Positions 12,551-23,736 of a stretch of DNA of 64,000 bases are shown piece by piece; position 1 is the stretch's first letter, and each line of letters begins with the position of its first letter. The notes under the pieces were generated by a model. The model ran no database searches. It had not been told where the DNA came from and was given only the letters and a program-made list of their open reading frames with translations. The stretch spans positions 35,092,001 to 35,156,000 of the forward strand of contig OZ024757.1 in assembly GCA_964016885.1 (NCBI GenBank), in the 5' to 3' direction. Both the position numbers and the translations under genes were made by a program. The stretch comes from Eledone cirrhosa (Eukaryota).

Positions 12551-12621
12551 CCCATGACCAGGATTGAAACCAAAACCAGGACTACCACCATCTCTGGTAT
12601 CACCCACCAGACCACCATGAA
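12551..12621 (-). pseudogene. tRNA-like relic (tRNA pseudogene or SINE head); copies near 30388-30458, 43058-43128 and 62904-62974
   Basis: 71 nt on the minus strand: TTCATGG-TGGTCTGGTGG (A-box-like) ... GGTTTCAATCCTGG (B-box-like)-TCATGGG. The 7-nt ends pair with G-U wobbles. The anticodon arm is not recognisable. Confidence 0.4.
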
Positions 12622-13017
12622 AGATACAAAAATCTGCTTTTTTAATATTTATAAGCCTACTTTCAATATTAAAGTAATTAACATGTAGTGTTGTTCATGC
12701 CTTTCTCTATGTTATTGGTACAAAATAAAGTATTTAAACCTCAAATTTTGTTATTCAAATATGCTTGCTTATGTAATTATAAATGTCGCAGAATACACAC
12801 ACATATATAGATGTGAAAATATTCAGGACCCCAACGGCTGTGCTACTGCCGTTTCGACATCTATATATATATCTTTTAGTCCTAGGCTTTTTCAGCGCAG
12901 GAAGAATTCTCCAATGATCACAACCAGCTAATGGTGCCCAGTGGAAGCACTTTAGTCTAATTATAACCCCAACGATCACGATTAGCGGCGGCTTTTTCGA
13001 GTCTGAGGTTGACTGCC

Positions 13018-13067
<50 letters not shown>

Positions 13068-13175
13068 TGTTATACTTGGCTAGAATCCCGGAAAACAGCA
13101 GAAAGATGCTGAGTTCAGAGTTTAAAAAACATGTCCCACCTTTAATATAAAAACAATCCGAGTCTTGTAAAAGTG

Positions 13176-13903
13176 TTATTACTGTAATATAAAGTAGAAA
13201 CCCTTCATTTAAACAAAGCTGCGATGCAGCGATCATCAAAGCAAACCCCAAAATGCAAACAAACTTCTCGCAGGTGCTGGCAGATACACGATAACATGTG
13301 TATACGAAGTGTAACAGGGAGTTGGGTCGTATTATATGACTTTCAAATTGACCCCTATTATATTCAAATTATCCCCTGTGGGGCGTGCACCCCACGTTGA
13401 GAATCCCTCATAAATAAATATATGTGAGTGTGTTGCTATGACTGCTATTTCTAGCAGGTTTACTGCAGTCTTGTAGACGCACAACAAAAACCGGAAGTGG
13501 CAGCCATTAAAAAACTTTGGCTTAAAATCAGGCAAAAGTTTTTTAACAATTTGCCAAGAAAGATAACTCTTGTCTTACTTAATCGCAAAAATCAAGGCAA
13601 AAATTTTGCGGGTGTGCAGTTTGTTTGGTGTATTTGACTGCTATTTCTAGCATGTATGGACACTTTAGAAATAGCAGCGAAGCATAAGAAAGAAGGACAC
13701 ACAAGTATATATATATATGTATATATATATATATAATTATGTATCTGTATATATATATATACATATATATATGCACAGATATATACATTTAAATATATAT
13801 ATTTATATATATATACACGCGCGCACACACACCTATACGTAGATATGGGTGTGTGTATAGCTGGTATATATATATATATATATGTATGGGTGAGTGTATA
13901 GCT

Positions 13904-13942
<39 letters not shown>

Positions 13943-14804
13943 AAAAAGAGATGAAATCGAAAATGCAACTGAAGTCTTATTTTTTTTTTAAATATATATA
14001 TTTATTTGGTTCCTTTACCGGTTTTGCAGTTCTTCTGCTTTTCAAAAGGTGAGTTGAGATGGAGGGTCTGTGGTTTTTCTCAGATGTGAGAAAAACCACA
14101 GACCCTCCATCTCAACTCGCCTTTTGAAAAGCAGAAGAACTGCGAAACCGGTAAAGGAACCAAATAAATATATATATTTTTTTAAAAAATAAGACTTCAG
14201 TTGCATTTTCGATTTCATCTCTTTTTCTTTATACTTCCACTCGTGTAGGACACCTCGGTTATTTTTCACTTTGTAAAAAAAACCTCACTTTCTAATATAT
14301 ATAGGTGTGTGTCCTTCTTTCTGCTGTTTTCCGTTTTTCGCTGCTATTTCTAAAGTGTCCATACATGCTAGAAATAGCAGTCAAATACACCAAACAAACT
14401 GCACACCCGCAAAATTTTTGCCTCGATTTTTGCGATTAAGTAAGTCAAGAGTTATCTTTCTTGGCAAATTGTTAAAAAAACTTTTGCCTGATTTTAAGCC
14501 AAAGTTTTTTAATGGCTGCCACTTCCGGTTTTTGTTGTGCGTCTACAGGACTGCAGTAAACCTGCTAGAAATAGCAGTCATAGCAACACACTCACATATA
14601 TTTATTTATGAGGGATTCTCAACGTGGGGTGCACGCCCCACAGGGGATAATTTGAATATAATAGGGGTCAATTTGAAAGTCATATAATACGACCAAGCTT
14701 CCAGATACACTTCGTATACACATATTATTTGAAGTTTGTTTTGATCATCGCTGCATCGCAGCTTTGTTTAAATAAAGGGTTTCTACTTTATATTACAGTA
14801 ATAA
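13176..14804. repeat. Long inverted repeat (arms ~13176-13702 and ~14307-14804) containing hAT-like MITE sequence
   Basis: The same translated string PDFKPKFFNG...GVNLKVI occurs on - (13332..13535) and + (ending 14687). Outer ends are TTATTACTGTAATATAAAGTAGAAACCC and GGGTTTCTACTTTATATTACAGTAATAA. Confidence 0.9.
13936..14233. repeat. Near-perfect palindrome (~147-bp arms, 4-nt loop GATG at 14083-14086), part of a ~355-bp insertion in a (TA)n tract
   Basis: AAAGAAAAAGAGATGAAATCGAAAATGCAACTGAAG...GGTTTTTCTCA GATG TGAGAAAAACC...CTTCAGTTGCATTTTCGATTTCATCTCTTTTTCTTT. It is absent at the homologous sites ~33445-33470 and ~44180-44205. Confidence 0.93.
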
Positions 14805-14938
14805 AAGTTTTACTTCGTCTACACATGTTATCGTGTATCCGGCTGCACCTATGGGCTGTTTGTTTATACTTTGGTGTTTATTTTGATCATCGCCTCATCG
14901 CAGGTTTGTTTAATTAAAGGTTGCGAGGGGGATCACTG

Positions 14939-14987
<49 letters not shown>

Positions 14988-15086
14988 ATGAAATATATGA
15001 AATATGAAATATTTAGGGTGTGTGTAAAATACTTACAACCGCTTAAGGTTTTGTGTTTACATAACCATAAATAGTATAACTAATAC

Positions 15087-15137
<51 letters not shown>

Positions 15138-15364
15138 AAGACACACACATATATATACATACACGCAGACATACACCTGTGTGTATGTGTATGTGCGTGT
15201 GTGCGTGTCTTTGGCTGCTCTCTCTATCTCTCTCTCTCTCTTTCTCTCTGTGTATATATATACAGACACACACTGTTGTTTCTTGATTTTTAGCTGCTGT
15301 TTCTAAAGTGTCTATTAATATATGCTAGAAATAGCAGTCAAGGGAACATTTACGTATATATATG

Positions 15365-15751
15365 TAAGGACAGTGACACCTACTGCAACAGGCATCCAAC
15401 CTCGTGGGACTCCATCCTCAGACGGGCCACAGACACTGCGATGTTGCGGAGGAGCTCGGCTGTAATGGGTCCAAGTTGGCCCGGGGTCTCGACGGCGGCT
15501 GGTGCTTAGAAGAGGCTCCAGGACAAACACCGGAATTTGTTTATTTTATGTTCATCTGCGAGACGGGCAGCGATGCTGGGGTTTGTGGATCTACCTCCTT
15601 CGAATGGGAAGAGGGTGATTCCCTCGGGGTGCTTGCCATCTCCGCGGCCTAGGCCTGCTGGCTCCAGTTGAGATGGAAATTCAGCTGCGTCCAGGCTTCT
15701 TCTCACTATGTCGTTGAGAGCATTTATGTGGCTCACACACGCGGAGGCCAA
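15365..15751 (-). mobile_element. CRE-like non-LTR retrotransposon fragment 2 (RLE endonuclease core), degenerate
   Basis: ORF 15506..15751: HINALNDIVRRSLDAAEFPSQLEPAGLGRGDGKHPEGITLFPFEGGRS, matching the RH..LND...RAL....PS.LEP.GL.R.DGKRPDG.T..P pattern. It continues in another frame as APAAVETPGQLGPITAELLRNI. Confidence 0.8.
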
Positions 15752-16254
15752 GGCGTTGGGCTACTCCGATGCGAGTTCACTCATCATCAAGAATTTATTT
15801 GAATTGAAAGGTCACGAAACTAATATAGGAGTGTCATTTAAAAATAAGGTAAACAGAAATAGTTACACCGGTAACATAATTACTGTTACACCGGTAGTTC
15901 ACTAACAAATCATTTCACGTTCGTCTCTAACAGGTAATGTTTTAATTTGCTCTCCATGTTGGGGAGTAACTGTAGTTTGGCTTGCTAGGGGTCATACATC
16001 TTCATACACACACACACATACTATATATATATATACAAAGGAAAGGAAGATAAACAAATATCAGAGGATTTGACCGGCTTCTTCCTCTTGGCACCTGTAG
16101 CCACCATGACGTATAAGTATAAATATATATATATATATACATATCTATCTATCGATATATATATCATCATTTTCATTTTGCGTCTGCTTTTCACTGTTTG
16201 CAAGGGTGGGACATATATATATATATCATCATCATTATAGATCCACTTTTCCCC

Positions 16255-16440
16255 GCTTGGCAGCACCTACGAGAAGTTTGTTTTGATCATCGCTGCATCG
16301 TAGCTTTGTTTAAATAAAGGGTTTCTACTTTATATTACAGTAATAATACTTTCAGAATACTCGGATTGTTTTTATATTAAAGGGGAACATAAACATATTT
16401 TAGAGGAGGGGTGTGGAACAGAAAAGTTTGGGGACCACTG
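16255..16440 (+). mobile_element. 3' half of the hAT-like MITE (copy at ~46015-46200)
   Basis: Homologous to 32548-32755 and ends AAAAGTTTGGGGACCACTG, a Charlie-type TIR. Confidence 0.6.
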
Positions 16441-17149
16441 ATACACACACACATTTATTTACTATATATATAATATATACATATATATATGTCTGTGTGT
16501 GTATACTATATATATATATATGTACAGGGAGGTCGAAGCATTTCAGAATTTTTCTAGGCGGGGCGGGGCGGGGTGGTGGTGGTGCAAATCCCCCTCTCTA
16601 TATCTACTACACGGCACTCTCTTCCAATACCCCTCTCTATATGAAGTAACACCAAACTTCTCCCCCTCTCTATATATTAAGCACTAAGTCAGGAATTTTT
16701 TTCTTCTTTCGTGCAGAGAGAGTAAAGTTGATTAAATCTACTGCAGTGAATTACTGGTATTTTATTTAATAAAAATTAAAATTTACTATTTGTCTTCGTT
16801 TAATTTTCGTTTTTCTTTACATAGTTTCGTTTCGTTAAATGTCTCCAGAATTTGTTTTTACTTTTACCGGATATTGAAGGTGTAAACTTGGTGTTGTCTA
16901 GAAACGTGTTAGAAATATTTTTCTTTTAATTGTGAAGAATTTAACCGCAAAGTAAGTTTTTTTTACTGTTTATTTGTGGCTGGGACAACGTATGGTATGT
17001 GTTAATGTAAATGGTGAAGGTTTAAAGATTCTTTTTACAACTGAAAATCAGTTTGTTGTTGCTGCTAATTACTTAACGCATGGAATAGATTAAAAAAATA
17101 CAGGATTGTTTCTCGGAAGAGAGAAAGAAGAAACAAAACAAATCACAGA

Positions 17150-17332
17150 AGCGGGTAGCACACACATTTGGGACCACATACAACACAAAAACAGGTAATC
17201 CACACATCTGGGACCACATACAACACACCAGCAGGTAATACATACATCTAGGACCACATAAGCAGGTAATACACACATCTAGGACCACATACAACACACA
17301 AGCAGGTAATACACACATCTAGGACGACATAC
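17150..17332. repeat. 40-bp minisatellite (~4.5 degenerate units), probably within the 3' UTR of CRE-like fragment 3; copies at ~34405-34590 and ~46910-47078
   Basis: Unit GGACCACATACAACACACAAGCAGGTAATACACACATCTA with internal deletions. The 47-kb copy has about half a unit less. Confidence 0.85.
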
Positions 17333-17433
17333 AACCAAAGGCAGGCGAAAGGGGTGGACAAACGAGCTGCTACTAGAGCAAAAGATAACAGTATCGTGAG
17401 GAGCACTGGGAAACCTCTCTAATGATTTTTTAG

Positions 17434-17634
17434 GCAAGCCAGCACGTCTGCAGCGTTACCTCGGGCGATGGCGAGGCTGAGGAGCTGGAACAACCAAGTG
17501 CCCTCACGAGCTTCACCAGTCACCTTCGTCAGGCTAGCCGCCAGTGAAGATAGGAATCTCGCAGTCAGTATCCCGACTCCCCCAAACGCTACAGGCTGGA
17601 AAATGTAGTTGGCCGACAGATCACAGTATTACTT
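17434..17634 (-). mobile_element. CRE-like non-LTR retrotransposon 3' fragment 3 (RLE C-terminus); copies at 34690-34890 and 47178-47378
   Basis: Not in the ORF track. Manual minus-strand translation: K*YCDLSANYIFQPVAFGGVGILTARFLSSLAASLTKVTGEAREGTWLFQLLSLAIARGNAADVLAC. Confidence 0.8.
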
Positions 17635-17660
17635 AACAGTGATAGATATTCTGTCTAAAG

Positions 17661-17726
17661 GAGGGGCGTGCAACAGGCGGCCCGCGGGCCACAATCGAGC
17701 CAACCTGACCAGTCAGAGTGGCCCGC
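17661..17726 (+). mobile_element. hAT/Charlie-type transposon left-end fragment (copies at ~34917-34982 and ~47405-47470)
   Basis: GTCTAAAG flank, then GAGGGGCGTGCAACAGGCGGCCCGCGGGCCACA...GTGGCCCGC, resembling the CAGGGGTG.CCAAC..GCGGCCCGCGGGCCA ends of Charlie-type MITEs. Confidence 0.55.
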
Positions 17727-17780
17727 AATGACTGTTGTAGGCTTATTTAGAATTTTTTCCATACCCGTAATACTTCTGTT

Positions 17781-18052
17781 AGTTGACCTATACTAAAGGA
17801 CTTCACTGATAGGGTTATATGTGTTATAGTTTCCCAGTTGACCTATACTAAAGGACTTCACTGATAGGGTTATATGTGTTATAGTTTCCCAGTTGACCTA
17901 TACTAAAGGACTTCACTGATAGGGTTATATGTGTTATAGTTTCCCAGTTGACCTATACTAAAGGACTTCACTGATAGGGTTATATGTGTTATAGTTTCCT
18001 AGTTGACCTATACTAAAGGGCTTCACTGATAGAGTTATATGTGTTATAGTTT
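17781..18052. repeat. 55-bp minisatellite, 5 units
   Basis: Unit AGTTGACCTATACTAAAGGACTTCACTGATAGGGTTATATGTGTTATAGTTTCCC at 17781, 17836, 17891, 17946 and 18001. Confidence 0.97.
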
Positions 18053-18624
18053 GAAACAAACTACCTGCATCAGTTATTATACTTTTATAACACCGCTATA
18101 TTACCTACATGAAAGAGGTAAATATTTATTTCTCTTGTCTTCTTAAATGTATAGAACATTTTTCTTATATATATTCTTAACATAGCTAGGACCGTTTATT
18201 ATTTACTAGTCTCTACTCCTAGGACTTTGCTGGTCTCATGTCCCCTCCATCAACACACACTCGGTAGAAAGCTGGTCGTCGGATGTAAAGTGGCCCTGAT
18301 TACAGGTCTAGTATTGAAGCCTTTCGGCTTGAGCCTTGCTGATGCCGACAGAGTTCCTGTGGTAGTTTTGGTAGCACAGGTGACATTTTATTGTGTTTAG
18401 GTACCGGCTAGTGCGGACACAGAGAGCACAACCAGGTGGTGAGCTGGCAACGACCAAGTGTAGAGGGCCAGCTTTGAAATTCGAGCGACGGAGTGAACTA
18501 GTAAAAGAGGCAGGGTAAGCAGCATTGGTTCTAACGGTGGGACTAGAACGGAGGTTGGGTGGTGCTGGGGGTGGGCTAACAGCTAACAGTTGTAGGAGTG
18601 GTGGGGGTTTGCTAGGTTTAATTT

Positions 18625-21600
18625 TTACATCTGTCTGTGAACTCTTGAAAAAGCAACATACAATTGTCCAGGGTTAAATACTTGCTCAGGGAGGAACAGA
18701 CCCACTTTATCATGTATTTGACCATGGTTCTTGTTGATTGTCATGGCATATGACAGTCTTAATGGAAACTGGGGTCTTTCCAAAGTAAAAGGGATGTTGG
18801 CACCACTGGGGGATAACTTCAGTCTTGGGGTCAAAACACACCTGCCCATCAAAGGACCATAGATATGAGAAGCTTTGATAAAATGTTTATGCAGTTCTAC
18901 TACTTCTAATCTTGTGCCATTACATAATCTGTTCTGGATTGAAATATTCCATAGAAGCGTTATTATTGATCCTGCTTTTAATTGGAGTTTGTGAGGCGGC
19001 ATCCCAGAAGGTGTAAGCAAGTTCATTTAGCTTGAACCAGGCAGCAAGGGTCCCTGCATTTCTACCACAACCTGAGCATTGCCTCTTTGAAAGTAAACTC
19101 TGTTTGTTCTCCAGGTGTGTGGCTAGGCTGTATACTGTATGTGATGTACCATGAAGCTTAAATTCCGAGAGACACGACACTGCTTCTGGCTGAGACACAT
19201 ACCTGCAACAAAGATAGGTTCTTATTTCATCATGGTTGTGTTGGTTCTGAGCCTCATTAGGTAATGCATTATTCGTTACTTCTATAGATGTACAATCATG
19301 CCCCATGTAACATATTTAAAGAGGTACTTGACACTTTTTACAGAAGCGCAAACTTCAACATTAATATGTGCACAATATTTCTTAAGCAAAAAGGCATTAA
19401 ATGGCACAACATTCCTGTTATCTACTGAATGTCATCCAATTTACACTGCAGTTCCTGTCTTGCACCTCCTGTACTCTGGGTATCCATTTAGGTTCAATAA
19501 TGTTTCCCTTCTGTAGGTTTTTGGATAGTTCTTTTGGAAAAATCCATTTTGTATAAATGGGGGAAAAGGGTTTCCAGAACCACATGGCCTGTGGATCATA
19601 AACTTTTAAACCTGCTCATGTAGTACTGGATCATCTTCCAATGCAGGTATTTCTGCTGACACGATTCTGTTAATGTCTTCTCTGTTTCTTATTTTGTCTT
19701 CATTTTTTAAGGCTCAGTGTTATCATCTGTTTAGATAATTCATTAAACCATTATACTCATCCACTCACAATTGGGCTTGATTGTTCCTCAAATATTGAAG
19801 CCTGCATCCCTCTACTTTCATATAGGCATCCACTAAATACTGCTAAAATAATTTACCTGCCCTATATATCGCACTAAATCCTCCTCTATATGCTATACAG
19901 TATATGTAATACTCCTGCATTGTCAGTCTATTGCAAACACAGGTCCTGCATTCCTCTCCATGGCACTATGCCACCAAAATTCACCATTATGGGTCGGTCA
20001 TGAGGTCCAAGTGGCATGAATTATGTGGTATTTTCTGAGGAGGATGGACTTTAGGAAAGATGATAATATCTCTTTGTACAGGTGGTGTACCCTCAATCCC
20101 CCACAAAACAACAGCTATCATTACTAGTTGGTACATTAGAGCAGCTCATATCTGATCCTCTTCTAAATCTTAATTCACAGTTCTGTACACGACAATTTTC
20201 TCTTCTTGCACTTTGCTGTTTGAGATGAAACAAGATAGCAATGTCCATAACATTACATGTCAGAATTATTAGCCACAGGGGCAGAGATGTCCATAACATT
20301 ACATGTCAGAATTATTAGCCACAGGGGCAGAGATGTCCATAACATTACATGACAGAATTATTAGCCACAGGGGCAGAGATGTCCATAACATTACATGTCA
20401 GAATTATTAGCCACAGGGGCAGAGATGTCCATAACATTACATGACAGAATTATTAGCCACAGGGGCAGAGATGACCATAACATTACATGACATAATTATT
20501 AGCCACAGGGGCAGAGATGACCATAACATTACATGACAGATTTATTAGCCACAGGTGCAGAGATGACCATAACATTACATGACAGAATTATTAACCACAG
20601 GGGCAGAGATGACCATAACATTACATGACAATTATTAGCCCCAGGGGCAGATATGTCCATAACATTACATGACAGAGTTTCATCTCGCGCGCTCTCTCTC
20701 TCGTTTCATCTCGCGCGCTCTCTCTCTCGTTTCATCTCTGTCTTCCTCTCTCTCATTTCATCTCTGTCTTCCTCTCTCTTGTTCCATCTCTCTCTTCCTC
20801 TCTCTCGTTCCATCTCTCTCTTCCTCTCTCTCGTTTCATCACTCTCTCTCGTTTCATCTCTATTTCTCTCTCTCGTTTCATCTCTATCTCTCTCGTTTCA
20901 TCTGTCTCTCTCTCTGTCGTTTCATCTCCCTCTATCTCTCTCTCGCTCTCTCATTTCATCTCTCTCTCCCTCTCGTTTCATCTCGCTCTCTCTCTCCTGT
21001 TTCATCTCGCTCTCTCTCCTGTTTCATCTCGCTCTCTCTCTCCTGTTTCATCTCACTCTCTAGTCTCGTTTCCTCTCTCTCTCATTTCATCTCGCTCTCA
21101 CTCTCTCTCATTTCATCTCGCTCTCACTCTCTCTCATTTCATCTCGCTCTCTCTCTCTCATTTCATCTCGCTCGCACTCTCTCATTTCATCTCGCTCTCT
21201 CTCTCTCTCTCGTTTCATCTCGCTCTCTCTCTCGCTCTCTCTCTCTCATTTCATCTCACTCTGTCTCTCTCTCTCGTTTCATCTCGCTCTCACTCTCTCG
21301 TTTCATCTCGCTCTCACTCTCTCATTTCATCTCGCTCTCTCTCTCTCGTTCCATCTTGCTCTCTCTCTCTCTTGTTTCAACACTCTAATCCCTCACTTGT
21401 TTCATCTCTCTCTAATCCCTCACTTGTTTCATCTCTCTCTTGTTTCAATTCTTTCTCTCTCTCTCTTTCTCTCCCCTCTCTCTCTTGTTTCATCCCTCAC
21501 CCTCTTGTTTCATCCCCCCTCTCCCTCTTCCTCTCTCTCTCTTCCTCTCTCTCTCTTCCTCTCTCTCTCTTCCTTTCTCTCTCTTCCTCTCTCTCTCTTC

Positions 21601-23598
21601 CTCTCTCTCTCTTCCTCTCTCTCTCTTCCTCTCTCTCTCTCTTCCTCTCTCTCTCTCTTCCTCTCTCTCTCTTTCACACTCTATCTCCGACTCGTTTCAT
21701 CACTCTCTCTCCTCTCTCCCCTCACCCTCTTGTTTCAACTCTCTCCTCGTTTCAACTCTCTCTCCTCTCGTTTCAACTCTCTCTCTCTCTCTCTCTCCTC
21801 TCGTTACAACTCTCTCTCTCTCTCCTCTCGTTTCAACTCTCTCTCTCTTTTCTCGTTTCAACTATCTCCTCTCTTGTTTCAACTCTCTCACCTCTCGTTT
21901 CAACTCTTTCTCTCTGTGTCTCCAATGTGTAATAAACCGTGACTCATATATATATACCGAAGAATGTACATAAACACATACATACACGCATGTGTATATA
22001 TATATACATACATGTGTCTCTCTCTCTCCCTATATATATGTATATATGTGTAAATATGTACATACATATTAGTGTATATATATTGCTATCTATATGCATA
22101 TTTGTATAATTATACTGTATGGTGAATTGGCAGTATCGGTAGAGGGTCTGACGCCATGCTTTCCAGCATAGTTACGTCCCTTTACGATCCGAGGTCAACT
22201 TTGCCTTTCATCCTTACGGGGTCGATAAAATAAAGTACCAGTAATGTACTGGTTAATTACTGACCTTGTGCCTAAAATAGAAACAATTATTAGTTCAAAG
22301 AGAAACCACCATCATAGAGAAACCACCATCCTACCTGAAATATTATGTTATCATATTAAATATTTCTTATACTGTCATGTTTTTTCTTTAAAACGATTGC
22401 ATCTCAATAAAGTGAAGAAAACTATTATATACTGTTGTTATATCATTATACTTTAGTTTTAACATTTCTATGTGTATAAATATAATGTATGTAAGTGTGT
22501 TTGAAAATATATAATAATAATATGCATGTTTGAAGCAGGGTTCAACTGAAATATCTATACCAGTAACTTAATTAGTGTTACACCTTAGGCATAAACTATT
22601 TGGCATTCTTTGAAGGAGGTACTAGGTTTTTCGCTGTCTTAAATGGAGTATACACGCGCACACGATGCATATATATAAATTGTTTTTCTCTGTACAAAGA
22701 GATTGACATCATTTCTTAAATCATTATTTAGGGTTTTACAACAAAACATATTGTATGTGTAATTATACAAATTGAATTTAAGTATTTATTTTAAAATTTT
22801 ACATACACTTTAGTAGTATATATATATATATTCATTTGTGATGCCATGCATTGTATTGTACACTTCGACATATGGATTATATTCATGCAACACCTCTCTT
22901 ATCATAGCCATTTTTTGTGGTGAGCAGTCATTATTTGTTGGGATTAGGGCAGTGGATTGGCAGTATCGGTAGAGCGTCAGACACCATGCTTTGCAGCATA
23001 GGGTTATGGCCCTTTACGTTCTGGGTTCAAATCCCTCTAAGGTTGATTTTGTTTTCATCCTTATGAGGTCGATAGAATAAAGTACCAGTAATTGCTGGCC
23101 TTGTGCCAGAAACAATTATTTGGTTGTACTTCCAATCTGTGCTACACACCTTCGTTCCCATCAATAATATATAACTGGCCATATTGTGGTGTATTTTCTG
23201 CAGGTTACAGAGATGGGGGTGTATTGATATGTTTGACCCTGAATATGAAATCTATACGGGCCTCTGCCGGGTGGTAACACCAAATGAAGTGAAATAAATG
23301 TAGTTTTAATTGCAGATGTTTCTGTGAAATCAACTGCTTCCTGGCCTCTTTCAAAGAGATTTCTCAGTCTCTCAGGGTATATTTGCAATGGTGGCAACAC
23401 TACCTTTCCTTTATTACAACAGTTACAATTTTCATTTCTAAATTTCAAAGCTCCACAGTGATCACACGAAACATTCATATCACTAATATGAAATTCTTCT
23501 ACATTTCCATTAATATTAATTGTTGGCCAATTTCTCTTACGACGCTCATTATCCATTCTTCTCTGTCTGAATGTTTTCCATTCTAAGTCTATTTGCAT
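18625..23598 (-). pseudogene. Helitron RepHel pseudogene, copy B: internally deleted, interrupted by a 2.6-kb satellite insertion (20224-22841) and a SINE
   Basis: In minus-strand order: N-terminal CxxC..CC motif (23161..23598); DINRIVSAEIP, MIHRPCG, GYPEYRR, DNRNVVPFN, AHINVEVC, SVKYLFKY (~19300-19700); DEIRTYL..RYVSQPEA (18920..19306); Pif1-family helicase C-terminus PSGMPPHKLQLK..LCNGTRL..QFPLRLSYAMTINK.HGQ..GQLYVAFSRV (18625..19026). Many stops and frameshifts. Confidence 0.93.
20224..22841. mobile_element. 2.6-kb insertion in the Helitron ORF: one 46-bp block (~20241-20675), one CT-rich block (~20676-21920), a SINE and AT-rich DNA
   Basis: Filled site ...TTGCTGTTTGA|GATGAAACAAG...TTCATTTGTGA|TGCCATGC versus the empty site TTGCTGTTTGATGCCATGC at 37941-37959. 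Confidence 0.85.
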
Positions 23599-23702
23599 GG
23601 AATAATTATATTCTGTTGTTTATTATGTAATTAAATAGCTCTGTACAATACATAGAGCATTCTTCTTTTCTTTACCTTTTCTATGGAAATACAAGAACAA
23701 AC

Positions 23703-23736
<34 letters not shown>

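Noticed and set aside
13332-13535. Recurrent 67-aa ORF (PDFKPKFFNG...) and other repeated short ORFs (VQLSIGASP..., RRGDYCSR...) as a gene family
   Set aside because: Recurrence simply follows DNA duplication. Several have non-ATG starts, overlap transposon ends or lie in off-frames of retrotransposon relics.
15363-15785. Solo LTR (GC-rich segment starting TGTAAG)
   Set aside because: No matching inverted end or TSD, and the segment is explained by RLE coding sequence on the minus strand.
16589-16690. Three CCCCTCTCTATAT motifs, and ACACCGGTAAC motifs at ~9959 and ~15865
   Set aside because: Short repeated motifs, probably sub-terminal repeats of decayed transposons, with too little evidence to assign.
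17781-18052. Hammerhead ribozyme / retrozyme in the 55-bp repeat (CTGATAG)
   Set aside because: It lacks the CTGANGA...GAAA core and the required helices on the strand inspected, and no core was evident on the other strand.
18290-18625. Helitron 3' terminus (CTAG-T sites near 18308, 18498 and 18543) and a G-quadruplex-like G-rich tract at ~18539-18576
   Set aside because: No convincing GC-rich hairpin at the expected distance on the coding strand, so termini could not be assigned. The G-tracts have long loops and no supporting evidence.
18625-19026. Host PIF1 helicase gene
   Set aside because: It is colinear with Helitron Rep-region motifs, intronless, lacks Walker A and is degenerate, so it is a transposon remnant.
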